This document shows, piece after piece, positions 1-6,781 of a stretch of 13,114 nucleotides of DNA (position 1 is the first letter of the stretch; each line of letters opens with the position of its first letter). The notes under the pieces were generated by a model that made no database searches, was not told the DNA's origin, and saw nothing but the letters and a program-made list of their open reading frames with translations. Origin of the DNA: Candidatus Fraserbacteria bacterium (GTDB lineage: Bacteria; Bipolaricaulota; Bipolaricaulia; RBG-16-55-9); contig JBBIOR010000033.1 in assembly GCA_037443265.1 (NCBI GenBank), positions 1 to 13,114 of the forward strand, written 5' to 3'. The position numbers and the translations under genes are program-made.

Positions 1-78
1 GATCCCGCCGCCTACTCCGATCATGCTGGCCACCCAGCCGATGAGAACGGCGGCCAACGCAAGCTGTAGAAACTCCAC
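1..78 (-). CDS. 5' end of a sulfite exporter TauE/SafE (TSUP)-family membrane protein, partial (runs off the left edge)
   Basis: Not in the ORF track. GTG at 78-76, 3 nt after the GGT stop, reads MEFLQLALAAVLIGWVASMIGVGGGI: a hydrophobic helix followed by the G-x-G-G-G motif typical of the TauE/SafE N-terminus. Only 26 codons are visible. Confidence 0.65.
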   Translation of the reverse strand, partial: MEFLQLALAAVLIGWVASMIGVGGGI

Positions 79-81
79 GAC

Positions 82-1656
82 TCAGTACCCTTGGGCGCAG
101 CCGTCCTTGCGCGGATCGGAGCCGCCTTGTAAGATGTCATTTTCAGGATCGATCAAGATCGCCTGAGCCCCGCCGAAATAGCCATCAGCAGTGATAATCT
201 CGTGGCCCAGCTCCTGGAGAGCTTTCCGCGTCTTCTCAGGGATCTCTTCCTCCAGAGCCACGCGATTCCCTTCATAAAAGCGGAACCGCGGTGCCTCAAC
301 AGCTTGTTGAAGGCCCATCCCATGATCAATGATGTTGCACAGAAGCTGTAGATGCCCCTGAGGCTGCATGAAACCACCCACAACTCCAAAGCTGAGCCAC
401 GGCCTGCCGTGGCGAAAGACCATCGCTGGCATGATCGTATGATACGGTCGCTTGCGCGGTTTTAGACAATGAGGATGACTGGGATCGAGCGAGAAGAGTG
501 CACCGCGGTTCTGGAGCAGAATGCCCGTATCCCCTACGGCGATCCCCGAACCGAAGGGCATAAAGAGGCTCTCAATGAGCGAGACGACGTTCCGTTCCTC
601 ATCTACGACCGTGATGTAGGCGGTACCACCCTCTAAAGCGCCCATGGGCCCCTCCGGTCGGGCTTGCTTCCCAATAAGGGCCCGCCGCTCGGCGGCATAC
701 GCCTTCGAGAGCAGCCTCTCCATGGGCACCTCTATAAACTTCGGGTCGGCGATGTACCACCTCCCATCGGCAAAGGCCCTCTTAATGCCCTCAATGAGCA
801 GATGCAAATACTCCACAGAGTTGTGTTCCATCTCCGCCAGCCTGAAACCCTCTACGATGTTGAGCGCCAGCAGAGCAATCAGCCCTTGGGTGTTGGGCGG
901 AAGCTCATAGATCGCGACGTTGCGATAGCTCGTGCTAAGTGGCTCCACCCAAGCCGCCTGATAACTTTTCAAATCCTGTAGCGTAAGCATTCCCTTTTGC
1001 TTTTGTGATTCGCGAACGATCTGCATGGCAATCTCGCCTTCATAGAAGGCCTCGATGCCCCAGCGTGCGAGGAGTTGAAATGTTTGGGCGAGTCTTTCGT
1101 TGCGGAAGAGCTGGCTGGCTCTGGGGGCTCGGCCGTCAAGAAGATACGTGTCGGCAGTGTTCTTATACCGCCTCAGTTTCTCTTCATATTGTTGCCAGCG
1201 CTCGCTGACGATCTCTGTGACGGGAAAGCCGCGGGTAGCGTATTCGATAGCCGGCTCTAGCAGCGCGCTCAAAGGACGGGTCCCGAAGCGCTCAAGGAGA
1301 GCCTGCCAGCCGCGGGGCGCGCCGGGCACGGTCACGCTGAGAATGCCCTCTTGCGGCATCTCCCGAAAGCCTCGTTTTCTGTATTCTTCTATCGTAGCCC
1401 CTCTCGGAGCCCACCCGCTGGCATTGAGTCCGAAGAGCCTCTTCGATTTGGAGTGCCATACTAACGCGAAGAGGTCTCCGCCTAAGCCGGTGCTCATCGG
1501 CTCCACCACATGTAAGACCGCAGCCGCCGTCACCGCGGCATCGACGGCATTGCCCCCCGCCCTTAGGATCTCCAGACCAGCCTGCACGGCCAACGGATGG
1601 CTGGTGGCGATCAATGTCCGAGGAGTCATCACGGTAGAACGGCCTTTCTGCCTCAT
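82..1656 (-). CDS. ggt: Gamma-glutamyltransferase-family Ntn hydrolase (YwrD/HpxW-like subgroup), cytoplasmic, about 524 aa
   Basis: Motifs GGNAVDAAV, VVEPMSTGLGGD, VTVPG, ELPPNTQG, nucleophile site GG|TAYITVVD, FGSG, LQNRG, RPYHTIMP, GGFMQPQGH and GGSDPRKDG. Start moved from 1683 to ATG 1656 because AGGAGG lies 5 nt upstream. No signal peptide. Confidence 0.93.
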   Translation of the reverse strand: MRQKGRSTVMTPRTLIATSHPLAVQAGLEILRAGGNAVDAAVTAAAVLHVVEPMSTGLGGDLFALVWHSKSKRLFGLNASGWAPRGATIEEYRKRGFREMPQEGILSVTVPGAPRGWQALLERFGTRPLSALLEPAIEYATRGFPVTEIVSERWQQYEEKLRRYKNTADTYLLDGRAPRASQLFRNERLAQTFQLLARWGIEAFYEGEIAMQIVRESQKQKGMLTLQDLKSYQAAWVEPLSTSYRNVAIYELPPNTQGLIALLALNIVEGFRLAEMEHNSVEYLHLLIEGIKRAFADGRWYIADPKFIEVPMERLLSKAYAAERRALIGKQARPEGPMGALEGGTAYITVVDEERNVVSLIESLFMPFGSGIAVGDTGILLQNRGALFSLDPSHPHCLKPRKRPYHTIMPAMVFRHGRPWLSFGVVGGFMQPQGHLQLLCNIIDHGMGLQQAVEAPRFRFYEGNRVALEEEIPEKTRKALQELGHEIITADGYFGGAQAILIDPENDILQGGSDPRKDGCAQGY

Positions 1657-1685
1657 CCTACTCCTCCTATCTCCTTCCTCCACGC

Positions 1686-2372
1686 TCAGTATTTCACTCG
1701 ACTGAAGAGCCTCAATCCCTCGGGCCCGTATTGCTGCTCGACCTGCTTCGAATGCTCTACGACAAGATCGTAGATACGCCGTAGCTCCGTGACTGGGTCC
1801 GGATGCTCATCGACCCTCAGGTTATGATAGAGACGGGGATTGGGGCTGGCCACCAGCAACGCCGCGCTCTGCTTGCCGCGCTTGTCGCCTCCGGCTGCCT
1901 GACCTGCCTCCAGGGCCCTCAGTAGCCTCCCGCTGAGTTCTAAGCCCCCGCTCGTCTCAAACGCTTCGGCCATTGCCTCCAGCACTTGGGGACCCACCAG
2001 CATGTTGCCTGCTAGGGTGTAGTGCTCCCCTAGGCGATGGCCCGCCCACGCCACGCATTGCTCACCTGTGAACGCAAAAGCGTCCCGGGAGTCCACGCCA
2101 TGCAGCTGGCGGAGCGCCCGATCGGGATCTTGCTCCAGTAGTGCCCTAAGTGCGATGCTAATCCCAATCTCGTGCTCGAGCAAAGCCAGGCCCTTTCGGC
2201 CCAGATTCGTATTGACCCGGGCTTGGGTGGCGATGGCTCCCTGCAAGCTCACAAAGGGCACTAAACTTCCTACGTTGGGTCGAGCCGTGGCCACGGCCAC
2301 GCCAAAGCTTCCTTCTTTAGGGTCATGGGCTGCGATGGAAAACGTGTTAATAATCTTTCGGATCGAGCGCAT
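1686..2372 (-). CDS. DUF1028 family protein (Ntn-hydrolase-like fold); start uncertain (2372 or 2384)
   Basis: Motifs TFSIAAHD..GSFGVAVA, GAIATQA, RQLHGVD, FTG..C..WAG, AGNML and ALEAGQAAGGDKRGKQSAALLV..LRVDEHPDPV.EL are characteristic of DUF1028. Both candidate ATGs overlap the 3' end of the permease gene. Confidence 0.88.
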   Translation of the reverse strand: MRSIRKIINTFSIAAHDPKEGSFGVAVATARPNVGSLVPFVSLQGAIATQARVNTNLGRKGLALLEHEIGISIALRALLEQDPDRALRQLHGVDSRDAFAFTGEQCVAWAGHRLGEHYTLAGNMLVGPQVLEAMAEAFETSGGLELSGRLLRALEAGQAAGGDKRGKQSAALLVASPNPRLYHNLRVDEHPDPVTELRRIYDLVVEHSKQVEQQYGPEGLRLFSRVKY

Positions 2373-3243
2373 CGCGAAGTCCATCCCCAGCGAGATTGAA
2401 TGCCAAGACCGTCACGAAGATGGCCAGCCCCGGCCACCAAGCCATCCAGGGAGCCTGCTGCAAAAAACCCTGGGCCACATTCAGCATCGACCCCCAGCTG
2501 GGCGTCGGCGGCTGCACGCCCAATCCCAAAAACGAGAGCGTCGATTCCGCAATGATCGCCCCGGCGATGCTCACCGTCGCCTGGACCAATAAGGGGGCGA
2601 AGCTATTGGGCAAGACGTGTCGCCCGATGATCCGCAGATCAGAAGCCCCCAGCGCGCGGGCGGCTTGCACGTATTCCTCCTCGCGCACGGCCAGGACTTG
2701 CGCCCGCGTGAGCCGAATAAACCCCGGCGCGGCGGAGACCCCAATGGCCAAGGTCGCATTGGCCAAAGAGGGCCCTAAGGTCACCGCCAAAGCGATGGCC
2801 AGAATCAAAAACGGAAAGGCTAACAGGGCGTCCGTCAGACGCATGATGACTTGATCGATCCAGCTGCCATAGTAACCCGAGATCAGCCCTAAGGGCACCC
2901 CCAGCAGCAGGGCAATTAATATAGAGACTACACCGGCCAAGAGCGACACCCGGGCTCCCCAGATCACGCGCGAGAGCACATCGCGGCCCAGGTCATCCGT
3001 GCCCAGCCAGTTTTGCGGATCCGGAGGCTTGCGGATCTTAGACCAGTTCGTGGCCTGGGGATCATAGGGGGCCAGCCAGGGGGCAAAGACGGCCACCACG
3101 ACGAACGCCAAGATGACTGAGGCTCCCAGGATCGCCGGCGGTCGGCGGGTAAACCGCCGTATCAGGCGCCAGACCCGCCGCTGGGGAAGAGCCTTCTCAG
3201 CCAAGACAGGCCGCGAGGGCTTAGCTTTGACCACGGATCTCAT
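2347..3243 (-). CDS. Peptide/nickel ABC transporter permease, DppC/OppC type
   Basis: LGTDDLGRDVLSRVIWGARVSL, EAA loop (EYVQAARALGAS..RII.RHVLPN), LSFLGLG..PPTPSWG and GDGLRDALDP. Its ATG overlaps the stop of the upstream permease (ATGA). Confidence 0.95.
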   Translation of the reverse strand: MRSVVKAKPSRPVLAEKALPQRRVWRLIRRFTRRPPAILGASVILAFVVVAVFAPWLAPYDPQATNWSKIRKPPDPQNWLGTDDLGRDVLSRVIWGARVSLLAGVVSILIALLLGVPLGLISGYYGSWIDQVIMRLTDALLAFPFLILAIALAVTLGPSLANATLAIGVSAAPGFIRLTRAQVLAVREEEYVQAARALGASDLRIIGRHVLPNSFAPLLVQATVSIAGAIIAESTLSFLGLGVQPPTPSWGSMLNVAQGFLQQAPWMAWWPGLAIFVTVLAFNLAGDGLRDALDPKDY

Positions 3244-4199
3244 TCGGCTTTAGCCCCCTCGAGGCGGATCTTCGGATTGATGATCGAATAGATAACATCC
3301 ACGATCAAATTGATCGCGATGTATCCTACGGCCGTCACTAGCACGACGGCCTGGACTTGAGCGTAATCCCTGGTGAAGACTCCATCGAGAATATACTTCC
3401 CGAAGCCGGGGATCACAAAGACCTGCTCGGTGATGACAGCGCCGCCGAAGAGGGCTCCGGCCTGTAGGCCCAAGACCGTCACCGCCGGGATGAGTGCATT
3501 GCGCAGAGCGTGCTTGTAGATGACGACACGCTCCTCAAGCCCTTTGGAGTAGGCCGTGCGCACGTAGTCCGACTTTAAGACCTCAAGCAGGCTGCTGCGG
3601 ATCTGGCGCATGAGCACGGCGGAGAGCCCCGTGCCCAAGACGAACGCCGGCATGATCATCCGCCGCAAATTCTCCAATACATCCTCCCAGGGTGAGACAT
3701 AGCCCGAAGCCGGCAGCCAATGCAGCTGCACAGCCAAAAACAGGATGAGCATGATCCCCAGCCAGAAATTAGGCACAGACAAGCCAAAGAGCGCCACGGA
3801 ATTGCCAATATAGTCCCAGGTCGTGTCCTTGCGCACAGCTGAGATCACCCCGGCCGGCAGCGCGATCACCACGGCAATGATCAGAGCCAACACCGCCAGC
3901 TCCACCGTGATCGGCAGGCGGCGCAGGATCTCCTCTCGCACGTCGATGCCTGTGCGAATCGAACGGCCCAGATCCCCCTGCAACGCCAAACTCAGCCATC
4001 TCAGATACTGCAAGGGAATGGGCTCATCCAAGCCGTATTTGTGGCGAAAGTACGCGATCGATTCCGGGTCCCGTTCCTCCCCTACCCAAACCCGAACGGG
4101 ATCTCCCGGCAGGAGCCTCTGGCTGACAAAGACCAGGATCGTCACGAGGAATATCACGATAATCGAGATCAGACTGCGACGGATCAGGAACTGGAGCAC
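3240..4199 (-). CDS. Peptide/nickel ABC transporter permease, DppB/OppB type
   Basis: LPGDP, GLDEP...QYLRWL...LQGDLGRS, DYVRTAYSKGL, KHALRNALIP and AVITEQVF..PGFG. GTG start with AAGGAG at 4216-4211. Confidence 0.95.
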   Translation of the reverse strand: MLQFLIRRSLISIIVIFLVTILVFVSQRLLPGDPVRVWVGEERDPESIAYFRHKYGLDEPIPLQYLRWLSLALQGDLGRSIRTGIDVREEILRRLPITVELAVLALIIAVVIALPAGVISAVRKDTTWDYIGNSVALFGLSVPNFWLGIMLILFLAVQLHWLPASGYVSPWEDVLENLRRMIMPAFVLGTGLSAVLMRQIRSSLLEVLKSDYVRTAYSKGLEERVVIYKHALRNALIPAVTVLGLQAGALFGGAVITEQVFVIPGFGKYILDGVFTRDYAQVQAVVLVTAVGYIAINLIVDVIYSIINPKIRLEGAKAE

Positions 4200-4247
4200 C
4201 GCCGGCTCTTCTCCTTACTTTCTTCAGATGCTTTGATCTTAGAAGAT

Positions 4248-4285
4248 CGAGGAGGGAGCCAGCAAATACACCGGCTCCCTCCTCG
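4248..4285 (-). terminator. Strong intercistronic stem-loop after the binding-protein gene (mRNA stabiliser or partial terminator)
   Basis: Perfect 13-bp inverted repeat CGAGGAGGGAGCC (4248-4260) / GGCTCCCTCCTCG (4273-4285), 11 nt past the SBP stop. Only a weak U-tract (ATCTTCT) follows on the minus strand. Confidence 0.75.
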
Positions 4286-4296
4286 CTTTGACTCGT

Positions 4297-5889
4297 CTAT
4301 CGCTTTTGGACGCCCTTGAAACGCAAAAGGCCATCGGGAACGGCCACGAACCCTGTCACGCTCTGGTTAAGAGCCACGAAGTTGACCGCGTGCCAGAGAT
4401 AGATGATGTTACGCCGGCTAAGGAAGGAGATGTCCGGCGGCAGGTTTAAGTCCATGGCAGTGGCATAGAGCTTAGCCCGTTCCGCGTTGTTGCTGCGGGC
4501 CCGCGCCTCATTGAGTAAGGCATCGATGACAGGGTCACAGACGCCGGTCGCATTCAGAGCTCCTCCGCAGGTCTGGAACTGATGGATATTGCCATCCGGG
4601 TCCACGCGGCCGCTCCAGCCGATCAGGAAGGCTTCATATTGACCAGCGTCTTGCAAATTGAGCGCCGTGGCGAACTCCACCGGATTGATCGTGACGTCAA
4701 AACCGGCCTCAGCCGCCATGGACTTGATGACCTCTCCCGTGCGGATGGCATCGGGCGCATTCGTGGTCATGAGGGTGATCTTCAAAGGTGTGGCCACTCC
4801 CGCTTCCGCCAGTAATTGCTTAGCTTGCTCTATGTTCCTCTCAGGGCAGACAAGCCCCTGGGGGTAGAAGGGGCTGATGATAGGAAGCGGCGTGCAGTCA
4901 GGTATGAACTCCCCATTGTTGATGACATCGTTGAGCACCTTACGATCGATGCTTAACTCAAAGGCCTTTCGCACCCGCGGGTCTTTGGCCAAGGGTGTGT
5001 CTAGCTGCACGGGGGGCTTGTTGAAGCCCTCTTTGTTGGCGATGTTGATTGTCAGCCCTTGATAGCCCAAGCTTGAAACCGAGGAGAGCACCAGGTTCGG
5101 GTCAGCACGCACGAGATCAAGATCCGTGGGCCGGACGCGCTCAAATAGATCCAGCTCGCCCGCCTTTAGATTGGCCAGCCGCACGCTGGGGTCAACGATG
5201 ATCTTAAAGACGATCTGATCCAGGAAGATCTTGTCCTTGTCCCAGTAGTCTGCAAAGCGTTCTAGCACGATCCGATCCTGAGCGACCCGCTCTTTGAACT
5301 TGAAGGGGCCAGCGCACACAGGCTGAGTGCCGAATTGATCTCCGAGCGCTTGGGCTGCTTTGGGGGAGATCATCATGCCCGCGCGGTCCGTCAGCTGAGC
5401 CAAAAAGGGTGAGAAGGGGGCCGAGAGCACGAGTCGTATGGTGAAGCCGTCTACCACTTCAACGCTCTGAAGTTGGGCTATCTCGCTCTTTCGCCTTGAG
5501 CCCGGAAGATTAAGATGGCGCTCCAAGCTGAACTTGGCCGCTTCGGCATTGAAGTCCGTCCCGTCGTGGAACTTCACGCCTTGACGCAGCTTGATCGTAA
5601 GAGTCTTCCCGTCCGGGGAGATCTCAGGCAGGCCCTCCGCCAGCTGCGGCACAATCTCCAAATTCTGATCGATGTCATAGAGTTTATCGCACAGGCTGGC
5701 GAACACGATCCGTCCGACGAAGGTACGTGCTAGTGTCGGGTCCAGAATATCCGGTTCCTCTGCTATGCCGACCCGCAAGATGACGGGCGCTTGAGCGCTC
5801 CCTCCGGTGAGGGAGACCATCACGGCACTGAGTCCCAAAACGAGCAAACCCAAGAGCCCAAGGCGAACCCTTGGGAGAATTCGTCTCAT
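4297..5889 (-). CDS. ABC transporter substrate-binding protein, family 5 (DppA/OppA/GsiB-like)
   Basis: LDP..., PQLAE, LRQGVKFHDGTDFNAEA.KFS, PVCAGPFK, LERFADYW, VRKAFELSIDR and A..LLAEAG. N-terminal basic plus hydrophobic signal peptide ending SAQA (SPase I type, no lipobox). AAGGAGG upstream. Confidence 0.95.
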   Translation of the reverse strand: MRRILPRVRLGLLGLLVLGLSAVMVSLTGGSAQAPVILRVGIAEEPDILDPTLARTFVGRIVFASLCDKLYDIDQNLEIVPQLAEGLPEISPDGKTLTIKLRQGVKFHDGTDFNAEAAKFSLERHLNLPGSRRKSEIAQLQSVEVVDGFTIRLVLSAPFSPFLAQLTDRAGMMISPKAAQALGDQFGTQPVCAGPFKFKERVAQDRIVLERFADYWDKDKIFLDQIVFKIIVDPSVRLANLKAGELDLFERVRPTDLDLVRADPNLVLSSVSSLGYQGLTINIANKEGFNKPPVQLDTPLAKDPRVRKAFELSIDRKVLNDVINNGEFIPDCTPLPIISPFYPQGLVCPERNIEQAKQLLAEAGVATPLKITLMTTNAPDAIRTGEVIKSMAAEAGFDVTINPVEFATALNLQDAGQYEAFLIGWSGRVDPDGNIHQFQTCGGALNATGVCDPVIDALLNEARARSNNAERAKLYATAMDLNLPPDISFLSRRNIIYLWHAVNFVALNQSVTGFVAVPDGLLRFKGVQKR

Positions 5890-5980
5890 CCTCGTTCACC
5901 CTCCTTCTTTTTATTTTCCTCAGTTGGCTACGACTCGCCTTCGCACCGCCTTTACCTTTGAGTGTGAGTGAGAAGACCGA

Positions 5981-6706
5981 TCACCTCCTCCTCAAAGGGA
6001 GTTCTTTCAACGAGTCCTCAATAACGCGAAAGTGCCGATCCATAGCCGCCGCGGCCGCCTCCGCATCTCCCGCTTGAAGCGCCAGGAAGATCTTTTCATG
6101 CAGTTCGAACGAGCGTAGAAAGAGCCCGCGGTCCGCTCGGTAATACTCCCCGCGCAGCTCACGCGCCAATTGCTGCTTCATCACTTCAAGTAGCGGCAAG
6201 ATGGCCTTCTCAATGAAGATGTTCCCTGTGGCTCGCGCGATGGCCTGATGGAAGTCCTGATTGTCTTGAGCGTATGCATCGTAGTCTTTGGTTTGGGCAG
6301 CCTGTCTCATCCGCTCGAGGGCTGAGCGGATTTCCGCAAGCGCCTGCGGAGTCATCTTCTCCACGGCCAGACGCACAATTCCTTGCTCGAAGATCCGACG
6401 GGCTTCCAAGGCCTCAATGGGGCTCTCTTTAAGGAGCGTTAAGGCCAAATCTTCTTCTTCCTGCCCGGAGGGGGCCCGGAGCACATAGGTGCCATCTCCG
6501 GCGCGACTTTCGACGATGCCCACCAACTGCAAAGCGCTCAGGGCCTCGCGCACGCAAGGCCGACTCACGTCCATCTGCTCTGCGATCTCCCGCTCCGGCG
6601 GAAGTTTTTCGCCAACGCCGTAGTCCCCCCGACGAATGGCCTCGAGGATCTGCTCTGCTACATGGGTGCTCTTCCTCTTGGTCTCGATCTTCTTGAAGGC
6701 AGACAT
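5981..6706 (-). CDS. GntR-family transcriptional regulator, FadR subfamily (wHTH + FCD)
   Basis: GEKLPPEREIAEQMDVSRPCVREALSAL...GIVESRAGDGTYV wHTH; FCD domain with EARR.FE, NQDFH..IA.ATGN, H..I..AL and M..H. Confidence 0.95.
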   Translation of the reverse strand: MSAFKKIETKRKSTHVAEQILEAIRRGDYGVGEKLPPEREIAEQMDVSRPCVREALSALQLVGIVESRAGDGTYVLRAPSGQEEEDLALTLLKESPIEALEARRIFEQGIVRLAVEKMTPQALAEIRSALERMRQAAQTKDYDAYAQDNQDFHQAIARATGNIFIEKAILPLLEVMKQQLARELRGEYYRADRGLFLRSFELHEKIFLALQAGDAEAAAAAMDRHFRVIEDSLKELPLRRR

Positions 6707-6715
6707 AGCAAAGCT

Positions 6716-6744
6716 ATTATATCATCTGACAGTCTTGTTGTCAA
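6716..6744 (-). promoter_or_regulatory. Consensus sigma70 promoter of the gntR operon (TTGACA-17 bp-TATAAT, extended -10 TG)
   Basis: Minus strand TTGACA at 6744-6739, 17-bp spacer ending TGA, TATAAT at 6721-6716, 9 nt upstream of the gntR ATG. Confidence 0.9.
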
Positions 6745-6745
6745 G

Positions 6746-6756
6746 TGGTCAGACCA
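6746..6756. promoter_or_regulatory. FadR-subfamily operator TGGTC-A-GACCA
   Basis: Palindrome matching the FadR-subfamily TGGT-N3-ACCA consensus, 1 nt from the -35 hexamer of a FadR-type gene. A degenerate copy TCATCTGACAG lies at 6722-6732 in the spacer. Confidence 0.8.
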
Positions 6757-6781
6757 TTTCAGCTGAAAACAACTCGCTTGA

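Noticed and set aside
1100..1705. 201-aa plus-strand ORF and the other short antisense or alternate-frame ORFs (e.g. 2068-2592, 2396-2854, 12032-12739)
   Set aside because: They lie within well-supported genes, show no recognisable motifs, and are expected in GC-rich DNA.
5979..5989. GATCACCTCCT, identical to the 16S rRNA 3' end, as an rRNA fragment
   Set aside because: Only 11 nt with no flanking rRNA-like sequence; it is the complement of the gntR terminal codons (kept as an SD-like finding).
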